A DNA stretch of 60,040 nucleotides. Origin: a virus (lineage: Duplodnaviria > Caudoviricetes). This document shows, piece by piece, positions 33,342 through 44,628 of this stretch. The position numbers and the translations under genes were made by a program. Position 1 is the stretch's first letter; each line of letters opens with the position of its first letter. The notes below the pieces were generated by a model, which saw only the letters and a list, made by a program, of their open reading frames with translations, searched no databases and was not told the DNA's origin. The DNA is taken from positions 1-60,040 of the IMG/VR virus record IMGVR_UViG_3300025083_000025; one strand, written 5' to 3'.

Positions 33342-34502
33342 ATGGAAAAAGTAGAAAGCCAAATGGAGCAGGCTATCCAGGATGCAGGATTCACTATTAC
33401 GGATACCTTCCCTGGAGAGTCAAATGCTACAGAGCAGGCACCTGTGCAGGATAATGTGCAAGCGCCTACACCAGAGGTAAGTGCAGAACCTGCGCCTACA
33501 AATGAAAGTGAGCCGAATACAGTAGTTGAATCGGCTCAACCAGAAGTACAACCAGACGTACAACAAGACGTACAACAAGATGTACAACAGGTTGTAGAAC
33601 AAGAAACGGCTCCAGTACAAGAGGAGCAAAGTTCTTTAAATAACGAGAGTGAAGGTTTTGAAAGTTTCTTTCAAGCGTTAACAGGCGAAATGCAGTCGAC
33701 GCAAGAAGAACCAACAGAGCCTCAATCTATATCTGAGTCAAGTCTCGACCCACGGATTGCAGTCATTGCTGATTTTGTGGAGAAGACAGGTCGCTCACCT
33801 GAAGACTGGTTCCGTTACCAGGCATTAGATCCGTCCGAAATGGATGATCGTACTGTTATGCGGGTCCATATGGCAAGTGAGTATCCATCTCTTGGTAATG
33901 ATGAAATTGATTTATTGATCTCATCTAAATACAAGACTGATGAAAATGTTTTCTCTGAAGAAGAAGTTAGACTTTCAAACCTTCAGTTGAAGATTGACGC
34001 AGAGAAGGCCAGACAGAATGTAGGATCGTTACGTGAAGCGTATACCCTACCTGCTGAAGGGTCTTCAAATGTTGTTGAAACTGAAAGCCCATTTGATGTG
34101 GAGTGGTCTCGGTCGAATGCACAATCATTAACAGAGTTAGGCGAAATTGCCTTTGAACTCCCCGGTGGTCGTGAATTCAATTATGGCGTGAGTACTGATT
34201 ACCGCAATGAGTTGGCCAAGGATAACGGCAACATGACTGAGTTCTTTGATAAGTACGTGGATAACACGGGCAACTGGGACCATGATCTTTGGAATATGCA
34301 TCGTACGGTTACTGATAACCTACCGAATATTCTACAGAGCATTTACCAGCAAGGTATGAGTGACGGACAACGCAATGTCGTTGAGAAGGCAGCGAATATT
34401 GACGCCAGTAATCCTACTGCTAATCCAGAGCAAAGTCAAAGAGATTCGGTTGCCCAACAGGTACTTGATGCTTTGGGACGGCAACAAACATTTTTGAAAT
34501 AA
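33342..34502 (+). CDS. Putative capsid scaffolding protein
   Basis: Acidic, disordered N-terminus; directly upstream of the capsid gene; TAAATTTG at 33312. Confidence 0.7.
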   Translation: MEKVESQMEQAIQDAGFTITDTFPGESNATEQAPVQDNVQAPTPEVSAEPAPTNESEPNTVVESAQPEVQPDVQQDVQQDVQQVVEQETAPVQEEQSSLNNESEGFESFFQALTGEMQSTQEEPTEPQSISESSLDPRIAVIADFVEKTGRSPEDWFRYQALDPSEMDDRTVMRVHMASEYPSLGNDEIDLLISSKYKTDENVFSEEEVRLSNLQLKIDAEKARQNVGSLREAYTLPAEGSSNVVETESPFDVEWSRSNAQSLTELGEIAFELPGGREFNYGVSTDYRNELAKDNGNMTEFFDKYVDNTGNWDHDLWNMHRTVTDNLPNILQSIYQQGMSDGQRNVVEKAANIDASNPTANPEQSQRDSVAQQVLDALGRQQTFLK

Positions 34503-34522
34503 CGCTATAAAAACAAAATAAC

Positions 34523-35905
34523 ATGGCAACATCTTCAGCACCTCCGGTGTTTAATGACAGCAAGTCAGCGGTATTCCGCCGTCTTGACCCAGCGAAATAT
34601 ACTTCATTGGGTGATTTTATTGACGAAATCAACGCTCCTGACAATCGTGATCAGTTGGTTAAAACTTATGGTTACCAGCAGATCTCAGGTGGTTTAACGG
34701 GGTTCCTAAACCTTACAGGCGCCGTCCGCGCAAGCGGTACCGCAGATGAGGTTCAATACTGGGAAGAAACTCGTCTACATTCTTACGCAACTGTAAACCC
34801 AACGGCAACAGCGGCTTCTACTGCTACTTCATTAGTAGTGAAGAAAGGAACTGCTGATGCAAGTGTATTGCGCTTGAATGATGTAATCTTATGGGGCGGT
34901 GAGCACCGTATGATGGTTACTGCTATCTCTCCTGCTGGTGAGGTTGCAAACACAGCAACTGCTAACTACACTCTTGAGTCTTTAAGTGGTAACATCGGCG
35001 CTACTGCTGCTACTACTGCTGTTAACCTACCTGTGATTGGTAACTTGTTTGCACAAGGATCTGATCAAAACACTGGTTACTTGGAGTCAAACGTAATCAA
35101 GCGTACAAACGCTTACAACATCATCAAAGAGGTGTTCAAGGTTACAGGTTCTCAAGCAACCAACATTGGTTGGGTTAATGTAGGTAACGGCGATTACCGT
35201 TGGTACGTAAAAGGAGAAATGGACACTCGTGCTCGTTTCCTCGACAAGCGTGAAATGATGTTATTGTTAGGTGAGTCAATCACTAACACATTAACAACAA
35301 CAAACATCGGTGGTACACCAACAGCGGGAGAAGGTTACTTCGCTGCTATTGAAAACCGCGGTATTGTACAGAGTGGTCAGATCGATGACTTCACTGAAAT
35401 GGATGTATTGATCTCAGAACTTGACAAGCAAGGTGCAGCACCAGAGTACGCTATGTACGTGAACACTGCTCAGGCTTTGGCAATTGATGACATGGTTGCT
35501 TCATTGAACGGCGCTGCTGGTTTCACTAACACAACTACTGGTCTCGGTGCATTCGGTGGACGTGGTTCAGAACTTGGCTTCGATTCATTCAAGCGTGGTG
35601 GATACACATTCCACAAGCACTCTTGGAAGTTATTGAACGACCCAACATTGTTGGCTGGTTCTGATTACTTAGGAGCAATGATTCCGTTAACTACTGTAGT
35701 AGATCCTAAGACCGGTGATCGTGCCGCTGCTTTGGAATTGAACTACAAGGACACTAACGGATACTCTCGTGAAATGGAGCACTGGATGACAGGTTCTATC
35801 TTAGGTGTGAATAACACTAACACAGATAGCCTACAGTTCAACTACCGTTCTGAGTGTGCATTGGTTACTCGTGCAGCAAACCAACACATCCTTATCAAGT
35901 CATAA
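34523..35905 (+). CDS. Major capsid protein
   Basis: Size, position after the scaffold, strongly biased codon use (AAC/ATC/TTC/CGT) and a downstream terminator. Confidence 0.8.
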   Translation: MATSSAPPVFNDSKSAVFRRLDPAKYTSLGDFIDEINAPDNRDQLVKTYGYQQISGGLTGFLNLTGAVRASGTADEVQYWEETRLHSYATVNPTATAASTATSLVVKKGTADASVLRLNDVILWGGEHRMMVTAISPAGEVANTATANYTLESLSGNIGATAATTAVNLPVIGNLFAQGSDQNTGYLESNVIKRTNAYNIIKEVFKVTGSQATNIGWVNVGNGDYRWYVKGEMDTRARFLDKREMMLLLGESITNTLTTTNIGGTPTAGEGYFAAIENRGIVQSGQIDDFTEMDVLISELDKQGAAPEYAMYVNTAQALAIDDMVASLNGAAGFTNTTTGLGAFGGRGSELGFDSFKRGGYTFHKHSWKLLNDPTLLAGSDYLGAMIPLTTVVDPKTGDRAAALELNYKDTNGYSREMEHWMTGSILGVNNTNTDSLQFNYRSECALVTRAANQHILIKS

Positions 35906-35920
35906 GGATAACAATTTCCG

Positions 35921-35947
35921 GAGAGGGGCTTTGCCCCTCTCTTTTTT
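35921..35947 (+). terminator. Intrinsic terminator after the capsid gene
   Basis: GAGAGGGGC-TTT-GCCCCTCTC followed by TTTTTT. Confidence 0.85.
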
Positions 35948-35967
35948 AATTTTTTAATTCTATTCAA

Positions 35968-36774
35968 ATGTCAACTACAACAAAGGCTGCTCCAAAGGCG
36001 GCAGCAAAAAAAACACCTGCGCCTAAAAAAGGCTACAGCGTAATCAAAAAAGATGCGGCACCAGAAACCACAAAGGTTTTTGAAATTCCAAAAGGCGGCG
36101 GCATCGTCACAAAAATAAAATCAGAGGTAAGTGTATACGATCCAGAAACAAATCAGGTTCGTAGTATACGCTATTGTCCTGGAGAACCAAGTGTATTCCG
36201 TGATGAACAGAACGAAAAGTCACGTAGAGAGCATGTTATATTTAGAGACGGCCTCTTAGCCGTTCCGTATAACAAGCCGAATCTTGCTAAGTTTATGGAA
36301 CTACATACCAGCAATATAGCAAACGGTGGTAAGTTGTTTAAGATTGTAGACAACAGTAGAGATTCTGAAGAAGTGGTTAACAGCGAGTTCTTGACTCATG
36401 ATGCTGTTTCTCTTGTTCGTACAAAAGGTTCTGATGAAATATTAGCAGTTGCTTTATCTTTAGGAATCAACATTGAACAACAAATGATTGATATCCGTAG
36501 AGAGATGTTACGTGAAGCAAAAAGCAGCCCTGCTACTTTTATTGCCATGTTTGATGATCCTCGTGTTAAGACTCGATCAGCAGTTATTCAATCAAATGAT
36601 TTCCAAATCATATCGTGTAAGCCTGATGGAGTATACTGGTTTGACAGTGGCAGATTAATTATATCTGTTCCTGCTGGTCAAGATCCAAAAGACATGATGG
36701 TTCGTTTTTGTCTTACCGAAAAAGGAGCCTCTGTATACGAAGAACTAATATCTCGATTAGAAAAACTTTCGTAG
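35968..36774 (+). CDS. Hypothetical protein downstream of the capsid gene
   Basis: 268-aa ORF with motif RSIRYCPGEPSVFRDEQ. Confidence 0.7.
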   Translation: MSTTTKAAPKAAAKKTPAPKKGYSVIKKDAAPETTKVFEIPKGGGIVTKIKSEVSVYDPETNQVRSIRYCPGEPSVFRDEQNEKSRREHVIFRDGLLAVPYNKPNLAKFMELHTSNIANGGKLFKIVDNSRDSEEVVNSEFLTHDAVSLVRTKGSDEILAVALSLGINIEQQMIDIRREMLREAKSSPATFIAMFDDPRVKTRSAVIQSNDFQIISCKPDGVYWFDSGRLIISVPAGQDPKDMMVRFCLTEKGASVYEELISRLEKLS

Positions 36775-36825
36775 ATTTACAGTACATTATTCGTATATGT
36801 GTTCTGTTAAACACATGTAAGCAGT

Positions 36826-36856
36826 AGAGGGGGTCCCGTAAGACCCCCTCTTTTTA
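36826..36856 (+). terminator. Intrinsic terminator
   Basis: AGAGGGGGTC-CCGTAA-GACCCCCTCT followed by TTTT; TATATTTG promoter next at 36862. Confidence 0.85.
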
Positions 36857-36889
36857 TTTCGTATATTTGCTGTAAAGCCAAAAACTATT

Positions 36890-37642
36890 ATGGCAAGTGT
36901 AGAAAGAGTTTACAAAGCAGTTAGAGACATAGCCAACAAAGACCAAAGAGGTTTTGTTACCCCAGCAATTTTCAACGAGTTTGCAGGTATGGCACAGATG
37001 AATGTATTCAATAGTTTGTTTGAAGAAATGACTATGGCTAATAGATTACGTCGTAGTGCATTGGACGGATCTCGTCAGTTTGCGCGTGCTAAACAGATAG
37101 AAGAAGATCTGTCTACATTCTCTAAGAAGTCAGAGTTGACTTTAACTTCTGGAGTAGTGGATAAGCCTTCTGATTTTGCTCGTGCAATTTCAATATCAAC
37201 TATTGGTAAAATGATATTGGGTGTTCGGCAACAGTCTCTTGTGCAGATGTGCTACAATGAAGATCATATTGATAGAATACTAAACAGCGATTTATCAGCA
37301 CCTTCAGACGATGCACCTGTTGCGTTGATTGCAAACCAGATAGAGATATTCCCCAACGTAAATACAAGTATTAATAAAATCAACCTACGGTACTTCAAGT
37401 TGCCTCAAGGTATTGTTCCAACTACAGGAGCAAAAACAACGGCGTCTCCTAAGTTTGGTTATTCTTCCTCTGTAGCAGGTGTTGAATTATATCTTGCAGC
37501 AAACAGTGTAGACTTTGAATTGCCTGAGCAATACTTTGGTGAGTTAGTTAACGAGGTTGCTTTACTTATAGGTGTTAATCTTCGTGATGCTAATGTATAC
37601 AATTACTCTAATTCAGAGATAACGAAACAAGAGAATAGATAA
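36890..37642 (+). CDS. Putative tail ring/adaptor protein
   Basis: ANKDQRGFVTP..FN..A..AQ and DFELP motifs; positional inference. Confidence 0.6.
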   Translation: MASVERVYKAVRDIANKDQRGFVTPAIFNEFAGMAQMNVFNSLFEEMTMANRLRRSALDGSRQFARAKQIEEDLSTFSKKSELTLTSGVVDKPSDFARAISISTIGKMILGVRQQSLVQMCYNEDHIDRILNSDLSAPSDDAPVALIANQIEIFPNVNTSINKINLRYFKLPQGIVPTTGAKTTASPKFGYSSSVAGVELYLAANSVDFELPEQYFGELVNEVALLIGVNLRDANVYNYSNSEITKQENR

Positions 37643-38385
37643 TGAGTCAGTCATACGTAACAGTAGATAAAGTAGTTAACGACTACACAATGAGTATAGA
37701 TGCAGATGACTATGGGTCTAATGCGTCTGATTATATGTTGCGTCAATATGCCCTGAGAGGTATTCGTGAATTTGGATTTGATATAGCACATACTATTAAA
37801 ACAGTGTTGCTTGATGTCAATCAATCACTTGGCACTGTTGATATGCCTTCTGATTATGTTGACATGGTCAAGATGGGCCAGTTAGGTAATGATGGACTCG
37901 TGTATGTCTTTGCTGAAAACCCTAACATGAATCTCTTACCTGATCAACCAGCAGATGCAATACCAGATTACTTACTGGGATTTGATTCTTATGTGTTTAG
38001 AAATTTTGTTTATGAATCTACAATGGGCCGTCTATACGGTCTTGGTGGTGGACAGGGTGCAGGAGAGTATAGAGTCAACTGGGAAGAATGTAGATTTGAG
38101 ATATCATTGCTTTCAGATACTACTCAGGTAGTGCTTGAGTATATTTCAGATGCTGCTAAATCAAGTAACCCTTGCGTGCCTGTATATGCAGAAGAAGCAT
38201 TACGCGCTTATATATATTACAAAACAGTACATCGTAAGTCAAGTGTACCTGTAAGTGAGAAACAGCGTGCTCGTGCAGAATACTATAACGAACGTCGATT
38301 AGCAAATGCTCGATTGAAATCGTGGAATAAATTTGATGCACTAAGCACAAGTAGAAGAAATTTCAAACTAAGTCCTAAAGCATAA
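37642..38385 (+). CDS. Putative tail ring/tubular protein
   Basis: MPSDYVD...VVLEYISD...AEEALRAYI; positional inference. Confidence 0.6.
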   Translation: MSQSYVTVDKVVNDYTMSIDADDYGSNASDYMLRQYALRGIREFGFDIAHTIKTVLLDVNQSLGTVDMPSDYVDMVKMGQLGNDGLVYVFAENPNMNLLPDQPADAIPDYLLGFDSYVFRNFVYESTMGRLYGLGGGQGAGEYRVNWEECRFEISLLSDTTQVVLEYISDAAKSSNPCVPVYAEEALRAYIYYKTVHRKSSVPVSEKQRARAEYYNERRLANARLKSWNKFDALSTSRRNFKLSPKA

Positions 38386-38388
38386 TCA

Positions 38389-41300
38389 ATGCCGTCTATT
38401 GATAAAATCATACCACGCTATCTGAACAGTGACGATGATGAGCGTTTGATCAAGCGTACCGAAATGGTTGACGCTCAAAACGTACGTGTATCTGTAGACT
38501 CAGAGATAGATGCTCAAGTATTAAAGAATGCCTGGGGTAATATTAGCCGGGCAGACACAATAGAAAACGGGAGTATACCTGCTGGTACTAATGTTGTTAT
38601 AGGTACTGTTGCTGATGAGCAGTCAGCGCAGATATATTATTTCTGTTACAACAGTGCTACTAATCATACGATATTTAGATATGATCAAAACGCCAAGAAA
38701 ACATTTATTGTTTATCAAGGCAGTGTGTTGCAGTTTACACAAGAAGGTCATGTTGATGCTGACATAGTTCGCCTATCAAATCACAACATACTTTTATACT
38801 TTAATGATAGCCTTAGCCAACCAAAAAAAATAAATGCAACACGTGCAGAACAAAGTATATCTGGTGCAGGTGGTTACCCTCCCAATTTTATAAGTGGTAG
38901 CAATGAAGAAAGACTGGCGTACATAACTGCGGCCAAAGCACCGCCATTGATTCCTCCAGTTGTCACCTTCCAAAACAATTCCGGTTATCCTCAAAACGAT
39001 ATATTCGAAAAGAACTTTCAGTTTGCTTATCAATATGAATATGATGACGGAGAGCAGAGTGCATTAAGTCCATACTCTTTACTGGGTATATCTAAGTCTC
39101 AATTGAAAGATGGATTTATAAATGCCGGTGCAAGAAACTTTTATAACGAGGCGAAGATCCAGGTGACATACAGCGCAGCAGATGTAAAAGACATAAACAT
39201 CTACGGGCGTATTGGTGATAAGGATTCTCCATTCTTTTTGATTGACACAATACCTAATGTCAACGGAACAGGAACACAAAATATATTTTTTAGAAACGAC
39301 TCTAACTATATAGGTCTTTCTACTCAGGTTCAAGATAAGAGATACGATAACGTACCTCAGAAAGCAGATAGTCAAGCACTGTCACAAGGGCGTCTTTTTT
39401 ATGGTGGTTATACCGAAGGGTATGACAACCTCCCGTTTATGGATGTAGATGCGCTGCCTAACTATAACGAGAAGCCAAATACTTATACAGTAACTGTTTC
39501 AAAAAATACTACTATAACTAATTATTTAGGTGAGTTTATAGATATAGACTTTAGCAGTATACCAGTAGCAGGATTTACCGCAGACTCAAAAGTATTGCTG
39601 TCGTTTAACTGGAATGACGGTGCTATGACCATACGTAATTCTCTCAAAAGCGACAGAGACTTTAACTTTGTTGATTCACTTGGTGATTTTAAATTATATA
39701 ATGATGCAGCCGGTACAGATTTAGTAGGTCTTTCAGGTGGTACAGATGCTGAGAAACTTGCAGGAATGGCGGGTCTTAGAACTATTGCTAATGGTACTGA
39801 TTATCAGACTGGCATAAACCTTGATTCAGGCACGCTAAACTCTCCTCCTCAAATAAGATTTATTGCTCAAAAGGGAACTTCAGATACAAGAGAAGAAAGT
39901 GTTGGTATTAAAAAGATCAACAGCGGTATTAAGGTTATTAGTAGTGGTTTTCAGGTAAGAAAGATTATAGATATACCGGCTGACAAAACTCGTGCTGAGA
40001 TACAGACGATTGTAGCAAATGAAGTTCAGGGGTTATACCCTACTCAATTGATGCCTCAAGATGGAGAAGCCGGTTTCAGTACATTTACTACGGGCTTTGG
40101 CACAAGAACTACAGTTGAGTCCGCTGCTTTTGCGGGTGCTGGAGAGGTATGGTTTAGAAGAACTAATCCAAACTTCACGACTGGTGTTGACACATACAAG
40201 TTCTCGTTAAGTCTTGTGAACATGAGAATCAATAAATTGGTTTTCGGAACAAAGGAGGCTGAGGTTATAGAGCCATTTGGTACATCTTCGTCATTTGATA
40301 TTATCGAAGCAAACATCGACGGCCAGTTACCACAACTTAATAGTGGCCCCAGTTTTAATCTTGTGCCAACTACTAATGGACTTTATCTTTCAAACACTGG
40401 TGCAAGTGTTACTGGTAAAGGTGCGTTGATCGAACGTAACGGAGGATACATTACAGCGGGAGGTAGTTTTGCTATTGCTAATAGCGACATGGATGGTAAC
40501 AGGTGTTTTAAATCTGGTTCAAGTCATGAACTTGGTTTGTTATACTATGATCAAAAAGGAAGGCCAGGTGGTGTGCAGCCCTTAGATGATGAGACTTTTG
40601 TTCAGCATACTAATGATCGCTCCAATCAAAACAATTTAGATGGCTACGCAGATATCACAATGCGTATACGCCATAAGGCCCCTGCTTGGGCAGATAGGTT
40701 TAGTGTTGTTTACGCTGGTCAAGGATCAATAATAAACAAGGTTCAGTACTCTCTTGGCGGTGCCTATCTTGCTTTAAATGATGCGGCTGAAGGAAGTTTT
40801 GGTTCAACTCAAAGTATGTATCTCTCAATAGGTACCCTACAGGGCCGAAACAATTCTTACGATAATCAATTAGGCGCCGACATAAACTATGGTTTTGCAG
40901 AGGGCGACAGGGTTCGTATAGTTTCATATGGAGACAACCTTAAAGAAACAAAAACATGGAGGATATCTAAAAAAATAACTCTGTTAGCAGATGCCACCTT
41001 AAATCCTATTTTAGATAGAAGTTCAAAGGCTGCTATTCAAAACACAACGGGGGATTTCCTTGTGTTAGAGGATAATAATACTCCTGGTTGGAACACCAGT
41101 AGTTTAATGGACAACACCTCTAACTGGAACAACCAATGTATTATAGAGATATACCGAGAGAGCGATGCCTTTACGGAAATGTTCTATTACGAAATTGGTG
41201 AAAACAAATCTATAGACAGCGCAGGTGTGCACCAGACAGATCGTGTAAGCACAACCGCACAAATTGAGATAGTTTCTCAAACAGGAGACGATGTAGAGTT

Positions 41301-43449
41301 CCGTTCACCAATCAGATTTTTCAAGGGAGATAATATTGAAACTTCAGGTGGGTCAAGTATTACAGTGGGTAATGTTGTAGAAGACACATCGAAGTCTGGA
41401 TATTCTTTTAGAGTTTATGGTGAGACTACATACAACTGGCCAACTTTAAGTCTACATGTAGTAACTGTTACTAATCCTGATTCTGTATTTAATATAGATC
41501 AGGGTGATTCATACTTTAGATTACGCACATTATTCTACGGTAGTGCTCCACGAAAAGGAGACGTATGGCGAAACCTTTCAGCAGCGTATACTCAAAATGC
41601 TTTAGTTGATTGGATTGAAGATCCTCGTGTTAGTGACTTCTTTAAATCAGATTATACTTCATTAGGAAAGAGTTATCCTTACCTTCCTGATGCTACTACT
41701 GTAAAGAGATACGGTTCTATAACTTACTCAGATCCATTCTCTTTTGAAAACACACAACTTGGACTTTCGTCATTTAACTTGACGATGCAAAATTTTGCTG
41801 ATATGTCTTATGACTACGGCTCAATTAAGTCTATGGTTTCGCATGATCAACTGATGTATATATTACATGAGCGCCGTGCTGGTGTTGTACCTGTTCAGAG
41901 AAACATAATTACAGCGGAATCTGGTGAGTCGCTTGTGGCGTCAAACATGATACTGGGTCCAGTAAATTATTATGTAGGAGAATACGGCGTAAATAATAAT
42001 CCTGAATCTGTTGCTCAGTATAGAGGGCAGATTTATTTTATGGACGCAAGAGCCGGTAAGGTATTGCGTATAGGAAAAGAAACAGGGATTAGTATTATAA
42101 GTGAGACTCTGGTTGATGGCTTCTTTAAAAGCAAAACATTCTCAACTGCTCTTTCTGCTAAAAATAAAAGATACCACGGTGGTATAGATAGGGAAAACAC
42201 GGAGTATATTATTAGTTCTCCTGCTCTTTATACTTCACGTATTACTATTAATGATGCATGTACGGGTCAAACGGCTATAGGGAATTCAAGAACTAATGAA
42301 GACGGTGACATAATAAATGTTTCACCAGTATATGATGATTCACTAACATTCTTTTGGAATACGGATGTAAGAAACTGGGAGTGTAGTCTTGATGACTGGG
42401 ATACTTCTGGAAGTGGTCTTATATTAATTGATCAACTTACGTCTAACCCCGTCGTAGGACTTTCAGAGAACTACTCTCCGTCACTTTCTGCGTCTTTGAA
42501 TACTGCCATACCAGTTGTAATGACATCGTCTCAGTATACAGCGTTTTATCCTGCAACATTTAATCAGTTGACAGGGGTTGTTAGACCTGATGCGTCATCG
42601 CCACTCGGTGATCTTATAATTGACAACACTCTTGAAACTCTTGAGGCATTTACTATTGCTTATAACCTTTGGGATAAGTTCTGGAGCACGAGATATTCTT
42701 ACAATACCGATGGAATAATTTCATTGACGGATAGAATGTACACGTTTAATGGTGCTAAAATATATGAGCACTCTCCCGATGCAACAAGAAATACTTTTTA
42801 TGGAATTGCCGGCGACACAATAGTTGAAGTGGTTTCTAACTTTAATCCATCTATGATTAAGGTCTACGAGGCATTAAGTCTTGAAGGCAATAATTCAGGA
42901 TGGACTGTTACACTTAATAATAGTGATCAAACCAGTACGATTGATCGATCAATATGGGACGAAAAAGAAAATTTCTACTACGCTTCCATACATCAAGACT
43001 CCTCAAACAATGTCACGTACACTTCTACCGCAAATGTTACTACCGTTAGCGGAACGTCTGAAGTCTTTTCGCTTGGAGAAGTAGATACATTACCTGGTAC
43101 TCTTGCTGACAAGATACCTTTTAAAAATGCTATAAACAATCAAGCGTTCCCATTAGGAGATTCAACAGCGTTGTATGTTTTAAATATTGCTCAGAATAGA
43201 TTAGAGCCTTTAAATCTCTATGCTGTTTCGGTTTCTGGTGAAAAAGAATTAACTTGTAATGCAACCATATCTGGATTCTCTGCTGGAGATACACTGGTGT
43301 TGATTGCTAACTCTGCAATAGAAGGAGATTCAATTAGAGATTATTATTTGAAAGCAAAATTTGTAAACGCAAGCACAAGCGCACACGAGTTGTACGCTAT
43401 TAACTTTATATATACTAAGTCAAACTTACACAACCAACAAGGACAGTAG
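38389..43449 (+). CDS. Tail stabilisation/nozzle protein
   Basis: LNSDDDERLI..DAQNVR N-terminus, QFAYQY.Y.DGEQS and YGVNNNPES; beta-rich, 1686 aa. Confidence 0.7.
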   Translation: MPSIDKIIPRYLNSDDDERLIKRTEMVDAQNVRVSVDSEIDAQVLKNAWGNISRADTIENGSIPAGTNVVIGTVADEQSAQIYYFCYNSATNHTIFRYDQNAKKTFIVYQGSVLQFTQEGHVDADIVRLSNHNILLYFNDSLSQPKKINATRAEQSISGAGGYPPNFISGSNEERLAYITAAKAPPLIPPVVTFQNNSGYPQNDIFEKNFQFAYQYEYDDGEQSALSPYSLLGISKSQLKDGFINAGARNFYNEAKIQVTYSAADVKDINIYGRIGDKDSPFFLIDTIPNVNGTGTQNIFFRNDSNYIGLSTQVQDKRYDNVPQKADSQALSQGRLFYGGYTEGYDNLPFMDVDALPNYNEKPNTYTVTVSKNTTITNYLGEFIDIDFSSIPVAGFTADSKVLLSFNWNDGAMTIRNSLKSDRDFNFVDSLGDFKLYNDAAGTDLVGLSGGTDAEKLAGMAGLRTIANGTDYQTGINLDSGTLNSPPQIRFIAQKGTSDTREESVGIKKINSGIKVISSGFQVRKIIDIPADKTRAEIQTIVANEVQGLYPTQLMPQDGEAGFSTFTTGFGTRTTVESAAFAGAGEVWFRRTNPNFTTGVDTYKFSLSLVNMRINKLVFGTKEAEVIEPFGTSSSFDIIEANIDGQLPQLNSGPSFNLVPTTNGLYLSNTGASVTGKGALIERNGGYITAGGSFAIANSDMDGNRCFKSGSSHELGLLYYDQKGRPGGVQPLDDETFVQHTNDRSNQNNLDGYADITMRIRHKAPAWADRFSVVYAGQGSIINKVQYSLGGAYLALNDAAEGSFGSTQSMYLSIGTLQGRNNSYDNQLGADINYGFAEGDRVRIVSYGDNLKETKTWRISKKITLLADATLNPILDRSSKAAIQNTTGDFLVLEDNNTPGWNTSSLMDNTSNWNNQCIIEIYRESDAFTEMFYYEIGENKSIDSAGVHQTDRVSTTAQIEIVSQTGDDVEFRSPIRFFKGDNIETSGGSSITVGNVVEDTSKSGYSFRVYGETTYNWPTLSLHVVTVTNPDSVFNIDQGDSYFRLRTLFYGSAPRKGDVWRNLSAAYTQNALVDWIEDPRVSDFFKSDYTSLGKSYPYLPDATTVKRYGSITYSDPFSFENTQLGLSSFNLTMQNFADMSYDYGSIKSMVSHDQLMYILHERRAGVVPVQRNIITAESGESLVASNMILGPVNYYVGEYGVNNNPESVAQYRGQIYFMDARAGKVLRIGKETGISIISETLVDGFFKSKTFSTALSAKNKRYHGGIDRENTEYIISSPALYTSRITINDACTGQTAIGNSRTNEDGDIINVSPVYDDSLTFFWNTDVRNWECSLDDWDTSGSGLILIDQLTSNPVVGLSENYSPSLSASLNTAIPVVMTSSQYTAFYPATFNQLTGVVRPDASSPLGDLIIDNTLETLEAFTIAYNLWDKFWSTRYSYNTDGIISLTDRMYTFNGAKIYEHSPDATRNTFYGIAGDTIVEVVSNFNPSMIKVYEALSLEGNNSGWTVTLNNSDQTSTIDRSIWDEKENFYYASIHQDSSNNVTYTSTANVTTVSGTSEVFSLGEVDTLPGTLADKIPFKNAINNQAFPLGDSTALYVLNIAQNRLEPLNLYAVSVSGEKELTCNATISGFSAGDTLVLIANSAIEGDSIRDYYLKAKFVNASTSAHELYAINFIYTKSNLHNQQGQ

Positions 43450-43485
43450 TAATCCTTATTTTTGTAGGATAAAAAAACATGAGAT

Positions 43486-44628
43486 ATGGCAATAGGACCT
43501 TTAATTAACCTTGGTGCAGGTTTAGCAAAAACCGGATACGGATTGTATCAGGAAAATCTTGCTAAAAGAAAAATGGCGCAGGCTGATCAAACTGCCATGG
43601 GACCTATTCGTTCACAGGCTGCACGACAAAGAATCGCTCGTCAAGAGTCTGATTCACAATCAGCAATAGATGCAGCGTTACGCTCCCAAGCCACACAAGC
43701 CCAGCAGATTGGGGCAACTGGTGGCTCTCGTGCATTGCAGGCAGCAACTCCTGCATTACTTAGAGCAACAGAGTTAACCACCGGAAGTGCTTTAGATAGA
43801 TTTGGGTCATTAGGTGCAAGAGCGTCTCAACTTGAAGACAAAGTAAACTTAGCAAATGCTAACGTAGGTGTAAATGCCAACCTTGCTCGATTACAACGTG
43901 CGGCAGATGCTGCTCGCTCTGTAACTTTAAGCGGTGTATCTGACGTTATCGGAGGAACAGCCGGCCTACTTGGAGGCATTGGTAAAAAAGGAAAGGGCAC
44001 TGATGATGTTGTTGAAACTATGACGGAAGAAACAATAACTCCAGAGAAACAGGCGGTTATGGATCAAGCCAGTATGCCAATGACAAATGCTTTTGGTGCA
44101 ATGGATATTCCTGGAAGCAGTATGGCTGGAGTAAACAGAGCGTCTGATATTGCAGTACGTAGAAAGGGCGCTGGCCTCAATTTAACACCTGAGTACGAAG
44201 TCAATGCAAGTAACTATGCTCCTTCACCTGTTGGAGTACAAGACATTGATACTTCATTTGATACCCAGGCAGAATATGACTTTTTAAATCAGAGTCGTGC
44301 TAAGGCAACAAGTAACAGTTTAGATGCTCTTGCTAACAGAGTTAGTACTTTCGAAGATAGACAAGAAGAAGAAATCATGGGTCTGTTGAACCAGCCTATG
44401 AGCGAAGGTGGAGAATTAGACAGAGCAGAAAAAACACCAGGTGAATTTGATCATGAAGAAAATCCAATTGACATTGTGCAAGAGGGAGACAAGATTGGTG
44501 AGATGACTGGTGGAGAATATATATTTAACCCAGAGCAAGCAGAGGAATTATTAGAACTTTCTAAGGAAGGTAATAGTGAACTACATGAGTTCGTCCGTAA
44601 CTTGCTAAGTAAAGAACAATTTAAGTAA
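43486..44628 (+). CDS. Putative internal virion (ejection) protein
   Basis: A/G/Q-rich helical N-terminus; C-terminal TPGEFDH..GEMTGGEYIFNP; TATTTTTG at 43457. Confidence 0.6.
   Translation: MAIGPLINLGAGLAKTGYGLYQENLAKRKMAQADQTAMGPIRSQAARQRIARQESDSQSAIDAALRSQATQAQQIGATGGSRALQAATPALLRATELTTGSALDRFGSLGARASQLEDKVNLANANVGVNANLARLQRAADAARSVTLSGVSDVIGGTAGLLGGIGKKGKGTDDVVETMTEETITPEKQAVMDQASMPMTNAFGAMDIPGSSMAGVNRASDIAVRRKGAGLNLTPEYEVNASNYAPSPVGVQDIDTSFDTQAEYDFLNQSRAKATSNSLDALANRVSTFEDRQEEEIMGLLNQPMSEGGELDRAEKTPGEFDHEENPIDIVQEGDKIGEMTGGEYIFNPEQAEELLELSKEGNSELHEFVRNLLSKEQFK

Noticed and set aside
33553-33590. QDVQ tandem repeat in the scaffold gene
   Set aside because: Ordinary short expansion in a disordered linker.
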